Part shown: piece after piece, positions 10,832-20,529 of the stretch | Position numbering within the stretch: position 1 is the first letter of the stretch | Layout: the number at the start of each line of letters is the position of its first letter | NCBI GenBank assembly: GCA_963770565.1 | Contig: CAVYQE010000011.1 | Span: 320,001 to 384,000, forward strand | Length of the DNA stretch: 64,000 bases | Source of the DNA: an uncultured Actinomycetota bacterium | Lineage (GTDB): Bacteria; Actinomycetota; Actinomycetes; JAFAQI01 | Reading direction: 5' to 3' | Position numbers and translations under genes: made by a program | The notes under the pieces: model-generated | Told to the model about the DNA's origin: nothing | The model's input: only the letters and a program-made list of their open reading frames with translations | Databases searched by the model: none

Positions 10832-11791
10832 ATGGACGCCACGCTGTTTGCGATCCTCGCCCGGCAGGACAACGTCATCACCCGTGGCCAGGCCTTACAG
10901 CTGATGTCCCTGGACACGCTCCGGCATTGCCTGCGCACTCGCTGGCAGATCATGCTTCCGGGTGTCTACCTCGCCCAGACTGGCTCGCCTTCGCGCCGCC
11001 AGCGCCTACGTGCCGCGCTTCTCTATGGCGGGCGGTCAGCGCAGTTGGCGGACGCGACCGCGCTCCGGGGATACGGCGTCCGGTACCTGCCACCGGATCC
11101 GACGGTGCGAGTCCTGTTGGCTGCCGAGACGAAGCGAGCGAATCGTGACGGAGTAGAGGTCCGACGTACCCACCGGCCACCGCGGCCACGCATCGTCGAC
11201 GGATTGCCGCACTGCCCGCCCGAGCGAGCGCTGGTCGAGTTTGCCGCGCGGATCAGCGAACGGCGCGTTGCGACCGCGGTGGTCGCAGACGCGGTGCAGC
11301 GGGGGGTCGCCCTACCTGAACGCGTTGCCCTGGAGGTGCGACACATCACCGGCCGGGGTGCCGGGCTTGCTCGGCTGACGGTGGCAGACGTCGTGGGCGG
11401 TGCAAGGTCGGCCCCGGAAGTCGACCTGGTCGCGATCTGCGCGCGGTCGACGGTCCTGCCGCCGCCGCTGCTTAACAGTCTGTTGCTCCTGCCGAACGGT
11501 CGAAAGGTCAGCCCTGACGCGCTGTGGAGGGATGCCGGACTGGTGCACGAGACGAACAGCCGCGAGCATCACGCCGGCGAGGACCTGTTCGACGACACCC
11601 AATCTCGCCACGACCTGCTGACCGAGGCGGGCCTCACCGTCCTTCACGACTCGCCGAGGCAACAGCAACGTGAACCGGAACGAATCCTCCGCCAACTCGA
11701 GTCCTGCTACCTCCGGCTGGCCGGAAGCGGCCTCCCGCCGGGCGTCGTCCTGCTGCGCGAGCATCCCGATGGCCCATACATGGGGCTATAG
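10832..11791 (+). CDS. AbiEi-like N-terminal HTH + C-terminal DUF559/Vsr-like (PD-(D/E)XK-fold) protein
   Basis: N-terminal ARQDNVITRGQAL...WQIMLPGVY...LRAALLYGG; C-terminal RSAPE...PPLLN...SPDALW...LVHETNSREHH...RHDLLTEAGLTVLH matches this actinobacterial family. More A/T-ending codons than its neighbours. Confidence 0.75.
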   Translation: MDATLFAILARQDNVITRGQALQLMSLDTLRHCLRTRWQIMLPGVYLAQTGSPSRRQRLRAALLYGGRSAQLADATALRGYGVRYLPPDPTVRVLLAAETKRANRDGVEVRRTHRPPRPRIVDGLPHCPPERALVEFAARISERRVATAVVADAVQRGVALPERVALEVRHITGRGAGLARLTVADVVGGARSAPEVDLVAICARSTVLPPPLLNSLLLLPNGRKVSPDALWRDAGLVHETNSREHHAGEDLFDDTQSRHDLLTEAGLTVLHDSPRQQQREPERILRQLESCYLRLAGSGLPPGVVLLREHPDGPYMGL

Positions 11792-11848
11792 CCCCACCGA
11801 TGGGCCATGCGTGGGGCTATAGGCCCACCAATGGGCCATGCGTGGGGC
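11768..11848. repeat. 31-bp palindromic repeat array C (1 inverted + 2 forward units), overlapping the stop codon of the preceding gene
   Basis: GATGGCCCATACATGGGGCTA|TAGCCCCACCGATGGGCCATGCGTGGGGCTA|TAGGCCCACCAATGGGCCATGCGTGGGGC. Confidence 0.95.
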
Positions 11849-11863
11849 ACTAGGGTGTTGCGG

Positions 11864-12274
11864 GTGAGCGAGCGGACCCTGGTCCTGATCAAGCCCGATG
11901 CGGTCCGCCGCGGCCTCATCGGGGAGATCGTCGGGCGCCTCGAACGCAAGGGCTTCACGATCCTGGGAATGCAGCTGCGCACGCTCGATGTCGAGATCGC
12001 GAGCCGGCATTACGCCGAGCACGACGGCAAGCCGTTCTTCGGCGAACTGGTCGAGTTCATCACCGGCGGGCCGCTGGTGGCCCTCGCGGTCGAGGGTCAC
12101 CGCGCCGTCGAGGCGGTCCGGACCCTGATGGGCGTGACCGATCCGATCGCCTCGACCCCTGGCTCGATCCGCGGCGACTTCGCCCTGGAGATCAGTCAGA
12201 ACCTCGTCCATGGCTCCGACTCACCCGAGGCGGCCGCCCGCGAGCTCGGCCTGTTCTTCCCCGATTTGGCCTGA
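11864..12274 (+). CDS. ndk: Nucleoside diphosphate kinase
   Basis: [33 protein letters not shown]; GTG lies 7 nt after a TAGGGT -10 box (likely leaderless). Confidence 0.97.
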   Translation: MSERTLVLIKPDAVRRGLIGEIVGRLERKGFTILGMQLRTLDVEIASRHYAEHDGKPFFGELVEFITGGPLVALAVEGHRAVEAVRTLMGVTDPIASTPGSIRGDFALEISQNLVHGSDSPEAAARELGLFFPDLA

Positions 12275-12430
12275 CCAACCCTCCCCACGCCGCCCGGCCG
12301 GGCCGAGACAGGTCGCTGAGCGGGCATTTCGGCGTACGTCGGATCAGCGCTAGCATCGGGCCTGCCCCCGGTAGCGCGGCTTTTGCGAGTGCAGCGCTCA
12401 GATTCCCCGTCCTGGAAGGCGTGCGCCGAT

Positions 12431-13462
12431 ATGGCGAACAACAGCGGATTCCTCGGTCGCGATATGGCCGTCGACCTCGGCACAGCGAACACGTTGGTCT
12501 ACGTCCGTGGCCGCGGCATCGTGCTCAACGAGCCCAGCGTGGTCGCGATCAACACCAACACCGCCGGCATTCTCGCGGTCGGCACCGAGGCCAAGCGGAT
12601 GATCGGGCGCACGCCCGGCAACATCGTCGCGATCCGCCCGCTGAAGGACGGCGTGATCGCCGACTTCGAGACCACCGAGCGGATGCTGCGCTACTTCATC
12701 CAGAAGGTGCACCGTCGCCGCCGGACCGCTCGCCCGCGCCTGGTCATCTGCGTGCCCAGCGGGATCACCGGGGTAGAGCAGCGCGCGGTCAAGGACGCCG
12801 GATACCAGGCGGGCGCCCGCAAGGTGTTCATCATCGAAGAGCCGATGGCGGCCGCAATCGGCGCCGGCCTGCCGGTGCACGAGCCGACCGGCAACATGGT
12901 CGTCGACATCGGCGGCGGCACGACCGAGGTCGCAGTGATCTCCCTCGGCGGCATTGTCACCAGCCAGTCGATCCGCACCGGCGGCGACGAGCTCGACGCG
13001 TCGATCATCGCCTACGTGAAGAAGGAATACAGCCTGATGCTCGGCGAGCGGACGGCTGAAGAAATCAAGATGGCGATCGGCTCGGCGTTCCCCGCACCGG
13101 ACGAGCCCGGCGCGGAGATCCGCGGCCGTGACCTCGTCACCGGCCTGCCCAAGACGATCCTGGTCAGCGCAGACGAGATTCGTAAGGCGATCGAGGAGCC
13201 GGTCAACGCGATCGTCGACGCGGTCAAGACGACCCTCGACAAGACCCCGCCCGAACTCTCCGGTGACGTGATGGACCGCGGCATCGTGCTGACCGGCGGC
13301 GGCGCGCTACTCGCCGGCCTCGATGAGCGGCTCCGGCACGAGACCGGCATGCCGATCCACGTCACCGACGACCCGCTCAACTCGGTCGCCATGGGTGCCG
13401 GCAAGTGCGTCGAGGAGTTCGAGGCGCTCCAGCAGGTCTTGATCTCCGAGCCCCGGCGATAG
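12431..13462 (+). CDS. mreB: Rod shape-determining protein MreB
   Basis: [31 protein letters not shown]. Confidence 0.97.
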   Translation: MANNSGFLGRDMAVDLGTANTLVYVRGRGIVLNEPSVVAINTNTAGILAVGTEAKRMIGRTPGNIVAIRPLKDGVIADFETTERMLRYFIQKVHRRRRTARPRLVICVPSGITGVEQRAVKDAGYQAGARKVFIIEEPMAAAIGAGLPVHEPTGNMVVDIGGGTTEVAVISLGGIVTSQSIRTGGDELDASIIAYVKKEYSLMLGERTAEEIKMAIGSAFPAPDEPGAEIRGRDLVTGLPKTILVSADEIRKAIEEPVNAIVDAVKTTLDKTPPELSGDVMDRGIVLTGGGALLAGLDERLRHETGMPIHVTDDPLNSVAMGAGKCVEEFEALQQVLISEPRR

Positions 13463-13473
13463 TCGAGCCGGAC

Positions 13474-13499
13474 CGGTACGACGGGTGACCGTCGTACCG
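13474..13499 (+). terminator. Intercistronic hairpin (terminator or mRNA-stabilising)
   Basis: CGGTACGACGG-GTGA-CCGTCGTACCG, a perfect 11-bp stem right after the mreB stop. Confidence 0.5.
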
Positions 13500-13527
13500 T
13501 TCTCCCCACGATGAATCGCGTCCAGGT

Positions 13528-14523
13528 ATGAGGAGCTCACGTCGGGGTCGGCTGGTCCTGACCATCCTGCTGCTGGCCGCGTTCACCCTGATCACCGTCG
13601 ACTATCGCTCGGGCACACTCAACAGCGTCCGCAACGTCGCCGAGGACGTCTTCGGCCCGATCGAGGATGTGGTCAGCGACGTCACGCACCCGATCGGGTC
13701 GTGGTTCTCCTCGGTCGGCCATCTCGGCAGCTACAAGCACGAGAACCAGGACCTGAAGAACCAGATCGCCAAGCTGCAGTCGCAGCTGCACCTAAGCGCG
13801 CTGGAGCGCAGTGAGCTCGCGCAGGAACAGAAGATCCTGCACCTCGCGAGCGTCGCGCAGTTCCGCGTCGTGGCCGCGCAGGTCACCGCAATCGGGGGCG
13901 GGTTCGGCACGGACCAGACCGCGACGATCAACCGCGGCAGCGCCAACGGGATCCGGGTCAACCAGACCGTGATCAACGCCGACGGGCTCGTCGGCCGGAC
14001 GATCACGGTCGGTCGTAACACCTCGACGATCCTGCTCGGCGATGATCCGACCTTCGCCGTCGGTGCCCGGCTCTCGGCACCGCAGCCCGAGCTCGGGAAC
14101 GTGCAGGGCGGCGGCCCCAACAAGGCGATGACCCTGACCTTGTACAACACGACCACCACGCTCACCGTGGGTGAGAACCTGGTCACCGCGGGTGACCCGC
14201 TCTACCACGACCAGCCGTTCGTCCCCGAGGTGCCGATCGGGCAGATCACCTCGGTGGTGCCGGCGCATCTCGGGCTGTCGCAGACCGCGCTCGTCAAGCC
14301 GTTCGTCGACTTCTCGGCGATCGACATCGTGGCAATCGTCGTGCACGCACCGGCGACGGTGAAGCACGACAGTCTGTTGCCGCACGCACCGACCCCCGCG
14401 CCGACGGTGACCGTGACGGTCACCACCACACCCGGCGCGCCCGGGCAGAGCTCGCCGCCGCCCGGCACGACGGGGAGTTCGCCGCCGGCCAACCGCTCGT
14501 CCAGCACGAGTTCGAGCCCGTGA
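13528..14523 (+). CDS. mreC: Rod shape-determining protein MreC
   Basis: N-terminal TM, coiled coil, INRGSANGI...GLVGR; operon position. Confidence 0.92.
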   Translation: MRSSRRGRLVLTILLLAAFTLITVDYRSGTLNSVRNVAEDVFGPIEDVVSDVTHPIGSWFSSVGHLGSYKHENQDLKNQIAKLQSQLHLSALERSELAQEQKILHLASVAQFRVVAAQVTAIGGGFGTDQTATINRGSANGIRVNQTVINADGLVGRTITVGRNTSTILLGDDPTFAVGARLSAPQPELGNVQGGGPNKAMTLTLYNTTTTLTVGENLVTAGDPLYHDQPFVPEVPIGQITSVVPAHLGLSQTALVKPFVDFSAIDIVAIVVHAPATVKHDSLLPHAPTPAPTVTVTVTTTPGAPGQSSPPPGTTGSSPPANRSSSTSSSP

Positions 14524-15029
14524 CCACCCGGCGGATCGCCTACCGGGTGGTGATCGTCTTCGCCGCCGCAATCCTCCAGGTCGTCGTGATCAACCAGATC
14601 CCGTTGCCGGGCGGCCACCCGGATCTGCTCGTGCTCGTCGTGGTAGCGATTGCCCTCGCCTCGGGCCCCGAGCGCGGGGCGATGTTCGGCTTCTTCGCCG
14701 GGTTTGTGGCCGATGTGCTCCCGCCGGCCGGGCACATCGCGGGGCGGCTGGCGTTCGCCTACACCCTCGTCGGCTACCTGGCCGGGTTGCTCGACGACCC
14801 GGAGGAGACCTCCGTCTTCGCCACGATCCTGGTGGTCGCGGCCGGGTCCGCGACGGTGGTGCTGGTCTATTCCGGGATCGGCGCGCTGCTTGGCGATGTC
14901 CGGATCACCGGCCACTCGACGATTCATTCGCTGATTCCAACGGTTGTCTACGATGTGGTACTGGCACCTTTCGTGGTCCCGTTGGTTTCGGCTGTGGCAC
15001 GCCGCTTGGAGCCGGCCGGATCCCGATAG
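14520..15029 (+). CDS. mreD: Rod shape-determining protein MreD
   Basis: Hydrophobic, PDLLVLVV...GPERGAMFGF; operon position. Confidence 0.92.
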   Translation: MTTRRIAYRVVIVFAAAILQVVVINQIPLPGGHPDLLVLVVVAIALASGPERGAMFGFFAGFVADVLPPAGHIAGRLAFAYTLVGYLAGLLDDPEETSVFATILVVAAGSATVVLVYSGIGALLGDVRITGHSTIHSLIPTVVYDVVLAPFVVPLVSAVARRLEPAGSR

Positions 15030-15092
15030 CCGCACCGCCCGCGCACACCGACCACCCGCCCGCACGGATCGCCTGACCGAGAGCACCTATCT

Positions 15093-17313
15093 GTGACCGA
15101 CCGATCGCGACTGCGGCTCGTCGTTCTCAGCGTGCTCGTCATCTCGCTGGTCGGCACCCTGCTCGGCCGGCTCTGGTATCTGCAGGTGCTGGCCGCACCG
15201 ACCTTTGAGCAGGAGGTCACCTCCAGCCAGGTCCGCGACATCGTCACCGAGCCGCCCCGCGGCGCCGTCTTCGACGACATGGGCCGGCCGCTGATCGACA
15301 ACCGCACCGCGCTGGTGATCTCGGTCGATCGCACCGCCCTCGATGCGCAGCCCGACGACGGCAAGGCGGTGCTGCACCGGCTGGCGAAGGTGCTGCACAC
15401 GTCCTACACCCGGCTGAGCCAGGAGACCCGGCTGTGCGGCAAGGACTCGAGCGGGCACTACGTCACGAGTCCGTGCTGGGGTGGGTCGCCGTACCAGCCG
15501 ATCCCGGTCAGCTCGCTGAAGCCGGACCTCGCTTCGACCGAGCGGGCCGAGCACATCCAGGAGATGCAGGCGGAGTTCCCCGGCGTGTCGGCGCAGCTCG
15601 CCGCGGTACGCAACTACCCGCGCCCGTTCGGCGCCAACGCAAGCGCGATTCTCGGTTACCTCGAGCCGATCTCGGCCGCGGCTCTGAAGAAGCTTTCGCC
15701 GGCGCAGCAGACCATTCAACGCAACACGGTGGTCGGTGCGACCGGGCTGGAGTACTCCTACCAGAAGTACCTTCGCGGCCGGCCCGGACTCAAGCAGGTC
15801 AGAGTCGATCACCTCGGCAATGTGACGGGCATGATCCGCACGGTGCCGCCGCGGCCGGGTGACGACATCGTCACGAACATCGACGCCAAGGTGCAGAACG
15901 AGCTGGAGCAGCAGCTGGCTGCGGCTCGCGTTGCCGCGCAGAACCAGGGCTACACGGCCGACTACGACGCCGGTGTCGTGATGAACGTGCGCACCGGGGG
16001 CATCATCGCGATGGGCAGCTCGCCGTCGTACCAGCCGAACCACGCGCCGCCAACGTTGACGGTCAAGCAGTACAACCACCTCAAGCACGAGGCCGGCACC
16101 CCGTTGTTCGACAAGGCCTTCGAGGCGGCAGCGGCGCCCGGGTCGAGCTTCAAGCTGATCTCCGCGTCGGGTCTGCTCTGGGACGGCACCGCCAGCACAG
16201 AGCAGGTCAGTACAAGTGCTCGGCGAGCTTCGACAAGAAGACCAACTTCGAGGGCGAGGTCGGCGGGCTCGAGACGCTGCACACCGCGATCGTCCAGTCG
16301 TGTGACACGGTCTTCTACCGGCTGGCCAACAACGACTGGAAGCGTGACAAGTCGCTGATCAGTCGAGCAGCCAAGAAGCCGATCGAGGGGGTTCAGAAGA
16401 TCGCGCACGCGTATGGACTCGGCGAGAGCCCGGGCGTCGACCTTCCGAACGCCACCACCGGGCACATCGCCGATCGCCAGAACCAGAAGCTGCTCTGGGA
16501 GGCGCAGAAGGCAAACTATTGCGCCGGCGCCAAGACCCGGACGCCGGGCAGATACCTGCAGCTGCTCGACAAGTACGACTGCCGGTTCGGCTACGTCTTC
16601 CAGCCCGGTGACCAGATGAACGAGGACATCGGTCAGGGCACGGTCACGGTCTCGCCGTTGCAGCTCGCGGTCGCCTACTCGGCATTGCCAACGGCGGCAC
16701 GGTCTTCGAGCCGCGGGTCGCGAAGGCGATCCTCAGCCCGACCGGCAAGCTGATCCGCAGGATCAAGGCGCCGGTGCGCGACCACCTCCCGGTCAGCCAG
16801 TCCGACCTCAACTACATCCGCCAGGCGATGTACGGCGTGACCACCGAGACGGCGGTACCGCGCAGGGCGTCTTCGCGGGATGGCCGATGAACCAGGTGCT
16901 GGTGGGCGGCAAGACCGGCACGGCCGAGCTGACCGGTACGACGACGCAGAACGGTTCATGGTTCGCGTCGTTCGCGGGGCCGGCCGGTGGCAAGCCCGCA
17001 GTACGTCACCGTGATCGAGGTCGACAAGTCGAAGGAAGGCGCGATCAGCGCCGCGCCGTTCGTCAAGAACATCTGGTCCGCGCTCTACGGCATCGGGCAC
17101 CACAACAAGGCGTTGTTCCCCAACGGCGTGCCACCGAACGCGCTGCCGACGATCACCGCGACGAGCGGGACCACGACGCCCGGGCACTCGCACAAGACGC
17201 ACGGCGGCAAGAGCTCGTCACCGCCGGCGTCGCCGCCTGCATCGCCCTCGACCGGCGCCGGCGGCCTGCCGCCGGGGCTGCCGGTCGAGCCACGACGGGT
17301 ACCGCTGCAATGA
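15093..17313 (+). pseudogene. mrdA: Penicillin-binding protein 2 split by ~4 frameshifts (pseudogene or sequencing error)
   Basis: RLWYLQV, PPRG, GSSFK (SxxK), QSCDTVFY, SPLQLAVAY, GKTGTAE recovered across frames; shifts near 16200, 16687, 16850 and 16997. Confidence 0.85.
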
Positions 17314-18488
17314 GCGACATCTCCGCGTCGACCCGGTCGGCGCCAGTGGCTGCGCGTCGTGACTCGCTCGCGGCGCGAGCGCTCGACCGCGAGTCGTTCC
17401 TGCGCCGGCTCGACTGGGTGCTGGTCGGTGCGGTCGCAGTCCTGTGCGTGATGGGCTGCGCCCTCGTCTGGGCCGCCACCAAGCCACAGGGCCTGTCGTC
17501 GTCGTACCTGAAGAAAGACGTGCTCAACGTCATCATCGGGGTCGGCCTCGCAGTCATCGCCGCATCGGTGGACTACCGCACGCTGCGCGCATATACGCCG
17601 GTCCTCTATGTCGCCTCCGTGATCGGCCTGCTCGCGGTGCTCTCGCCGCTCGGTACGCGGATCAACGGCGCGCACTCGTGGATCAGCTTCGGTGGCGGCT
17701 TCGAGCTGCAGCCGTCGGAGTTTGCGAAGGTCGCGGTGATCCTCGGCATGGGGATGCTGTTATCGGAGAAACGCGAGGGCAGCACCGAACCCACTACGCA
17801 AGACATCCTGTTCTGTCTCGCGATCGCCGCGGTGCCGGTGTTGCTGATCCTTGCCCAGCCCGACGTCGGGTCGACGATGGTGTTCGCGGTGATCATCTTC
17901 GGAATGCTGACACTGTCCGGCATCTCGGCGCGGTGGGTGGTCGGGATGCTCGGCGCGGCGGTGCTCGGATCCTTACTGATCGCCCACCTGCATCTGCTGC
18001 ACAAGTTCCAGATCGACCGGTTGACCAGCTTCACCCACCCCAAGGCCGGTACCGAGAGCTTCGGTCTCAACCAGCATGAGTCGATCCTCGCGATCGGGCA
18101 CGGCGGAATCTTGGGCCAGGGCCTCGGTCACGGGTCACTGACCAATGGGCAGTTCGTGCCTGAGCAGTCAACCGACTTCGTGTTCTCGGTCGCCGGCGAG
18201 GAGCTCGGTCTAGTCGGGGCCGGGCTGATCGTCCTGCTCAGCGGGATCGTGCTCTGGCGGGCGCTGCGGATCGCGCGGCTGGCCGAGGACCGCTTCGGCA
18301 TGCTGGTCGCAGTCGGCATCGTGTGCTGGTTCGGCTTCCAGGCGTTCGAGAACATCGGGATGAACCTCGGGGTGATGCCGATCACCGGGCTGCCGCTGAC
18401 TTTCGTCTCGTACGGCGGCACGTCGATGTTCGCTTCGATGATCGCGATCGGCTTGCTGCAAAACGTCCATATCCGCACGCCGAGATAA
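17310..18488 (+). CDS. rodA: Rod shape-determining protein RodA (SEDS family)
   Basis: GAHSWI, QPSEFAK, QPDVGS, PEQSTDFVFS, PITGLPLTFVSYGGTS. Confidence 0.95.
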   Translation: MSDISASTRSAPVAARRDSLAARALDRESFLRRLDWVLVGAVAVLCVMGCALVWAATKPQGLSSSYLKKDVLNVIIGVGLAVIAASVDYRTLRAYTPVLYVASVIGLLAVLSPLGTRINGAHSWISFGGGFELQPSEFAKVAVILGMGMLLSEKREGSTEPTTQDILFCLAIAAVPVLLILAQPDVGSTMVFAVIIFGMLTLSGISARWVVGMLGAAVLGSLLIAHLHLLHKFQIDRLTSFTHPKAGTESFGLNQHESILAIGHGGILGQGLGHGSLTNGQFVPEQSTDFVFSVAGEELGLVGAGLIVLLSGIVLWRALRIARLAEDRFGMLVAVGIVCWFGFQAFENIGMNLGVMPITGLPLTFVSYGGTSMFASMIAIGLLQNVHIRTPR

Positions 18489-18506
18489 ACCTCGTACTCT
18501 GGCGCT

Positions 18507-20429
18507 GTGAGCGTCGACAGCGTCTTCCCCCGGCTGGAGCTGTTGCTTCCGCTCGTGCGGAAACCGGTTCAGTACGTCGGCGGGGAGCTGCACGCCACGG
18601 TCAAGGACTGGGACACCGCCGTTGTGCGCTGGGCGTTGATGTATCCGGATGCCTACGAGGTCGGCCTGCCGAACCAGGGTCTGCAGATCCTGTACGAGGT
18701 GCTCAACGAGCAGCCGGACGTGCTGGCCGAGCGGACCTACAGCGTGTGGCCAGATCTCGAGGCACTGATGCGCGCCCACGACGTACCGCAGTTCACCGTG
18801 GACGCGCACCGTCCGGTGCGCAGCTTCGACCTGCTCGGAGTGTCGTTCGCGACCGAGCTCGGTTACACCAACCTGCTGACCGCGCTGGACCTGGCCGGCA
18901 TCCCGATTGCCGCCGCCGCCCGGCGCGACGGTGACCCGATCGTCGTTGCAGGTGGGCACGCCGCCTTCAACCCGGAGCCGATCGCCGAGTTCATCGACGC
19001 CGCGGTGCTCGGCGACGGCGAGCAGGCGGTCCTGGCAATCACGGACATCGTGCGGGGCTGGAAGGCGGCGGGCTGCCCGGACGGACGGGACGGCCTGCTG
19101 CTCGCGCTTGCGACGAGCGGCGTCGTCTACGTGCCGGCGTTCTATGACGTGAGCTATCTCCCGGACGGCCGGATCCATCGCGTCGTACCCAACCAGCCGG
19201 GGGTGCCGTGGCGGGTGTCGAAGCACACCGTGATGGACCTCGACGAATGGCCTTACCCGAAGAAACCGTTGGTGCCACTGGCCGAGACGGTGCACGAGCG
19301 CTACAGCGTCGAGATCTTCCGCGGCTGCACCCGCGGCTGCCGGTTCTGCCAGGCCGGGATGATCACCCGCCCGGTACGCGAGCGGTCGATCACGACGGTC
19401 GGCGACATGGTGCAGCGGGGGATCGCCGCGACCGGCTTCGAAGAGGTCGGGCTGCTGTCGCTGTCGAGTGCCGATCACAGCGAGATCGGCGAGATCGCGA
19501 AGGGCCTCGCGGATCGGTATGAAGGCGAGAATGTTTCGCTGTCGCTGCCGTCCACCCGGGTCGATGCGTTCAACATCACGTTGGCCAACGAGCTCTCGCG
19601 CAACGGCCGCCGCAGCGGGCTGACCTTCGCGCCGGAGGGTGGCAGCGAGCGGATGCGGCAGGTCATCAACAAGATGGTCAGCGAGGACGACCTGATCCGC
19701 ACGGTCGCGACCGCGTACGGCAACGGGTGGCGGCAGGTGAAGCTCTACTTCATGTGCGGCCTGCCGACCGAGACCGATGACGACGTACTCGCGATTGCCG
19801 GGATGGCGCGGCGGGTCATCGCGACCGGACGGGAGGCGGCCGGGCGCAAGGACATCCGGTGCACGGTCTCGATCGGCGCCTTCGTGCCCAAGCCCCACAC
19901 GCCGTTCCAGTGGGCCGCGCAGCTCGACCACGAGACCGTCGACCGGCGGCTGCGGGCGCTGAAGGGCGCGATCACCCACGACCGCGAGTTCGGCCGCTCG
20001 ATCGGCGTGCGCTACCACGACGGCAAGCCGTCGACGATCGAAGGTTTGCTCTCCCGCGGTGACCGGCGGGTCGCGGCGGTGATCCGCAAGGTGTGGGAGG
20101 ACGGGCAGCGCTTCGACGGGTGGAGCGAGTACTTCTCCTTCGACCGGTGGAACGACGCATGCACCGAGGTGTTCGACGGCCAGCCGGTCTCGCTCGACTG
20201 GTACACCACCCGGGAGCGGGTGCTGTCCGAGGTGCTCCCGTGGGATCACCTCGACGCCGGCATCGACAAGGACTGGATGTGGGAGGACTGGCAGCAGGCG
20301 CTGGCCGGCGGCGAGGTCGACGACTGCCGCTGGACACCGTGTTACGACTGCGGCGTCTGCCCGTCTCTCGGCACCGAGATCCAGGTCGGCCCGACCGGCC
20401 GCACCCTGCTCCCGCTGACCCCGGTCTGA
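18507..20429 (+). CDS. TIGR03960-type B12-binding radical SAM protein
   Basis: KPVQYVGGE, YPDAYEVG, CTRGCRFC (CxxxCxxC), C-terminal DCRWTPCYDCGVC. Confidence 0.92.
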   Translation: MSVDSVFPRLELLLPLVRKPVQYVGGELHATVKDWDTAVVRWALMYPDAYEVGLPNQGLQILYEVLNEQPDVLAERTYSVWPDLEALMRAHDVPQFTVDAHRPVRSFDLLGVSFATELGYTNLLTALDLAGIPIAAAARRDGDPIVVAGGHAAFNPEPIAEFIDAAVLGDGEQAVLAITDIVRGWKAAGCPDGRDGLLLALATSGVVYVPAFYDVSYLPDGRIHRVVPNQPGVPWRVSKHTVMDLDEWPYPKKPLVPLAETVHERYSVEIFRGCTRGCRFCQAGMITRPVRERSITTVGDMVQRGIAATGFEEVGLLSLSSADHSEIGEIAKGLADRYEGENVSLSLPSTRVDAFNITLANELSRNGRRSGLTFAPEGGSERMRQVINKMVSEDDLIRTVATAYGNGWRQVKLYFMCGLPTETDDDVLAIAGMARRVIATGREAAGRKDIRCTVSIGAFVPKPHTPFQWAAQLDHETVDRRLRALKGAITHDREFGRSIGVRYHDGKPSTIEGLLSRGDRRVAAVIRKVWEDGQRFDGWSEYFSFDRWNDACTEVFDGQPVSLDWYTTRERVLSEVLPWDHLDAGIDKDWMWEDWQQALAGGEVDDCRWTPCYDCGVCPSLGTEIQVGPTGRTLLPLTPV

Positions 20430-20449
20430 TGCCCTGCCCGAGGCAACGA

Positions 20450-20528
20450 CACGCATGGCCCATGCGTGGGGCTATAGCCCCACCGATGGGCCATGCGTTG
20501 GGCGATAGCCCCACCGATGGGCCATGCG
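20450..20528. repeat. 31-bp palindromic repeat array D (1 inverted + 2 forward units)
   Basis: CACGCATGGCCCATGCGTGGGGCTA|TAGCCCCACCGATGGGCCATGCGTTGGGCGA|TAGCCCCACCGATGGGCCATGCG. Confidence 0.95.
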
Positions 20529-20529
20529 G

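Noticed and set aside
10832-11791. Type IV toxin-antitoxin (AbiE) module
   Set aside because: No AbiEii nucleotidyltransferase toxin gene is adjacent; the flanks are DUF4233 and ndk.
16887-18488. Apparent PBP2-RodA fusion ORF (533 aa)
   Set aside because: Produced by the mrdA frameshift near 16997; rodA has its own ATG at 17310 overlapping the mrdA stop.
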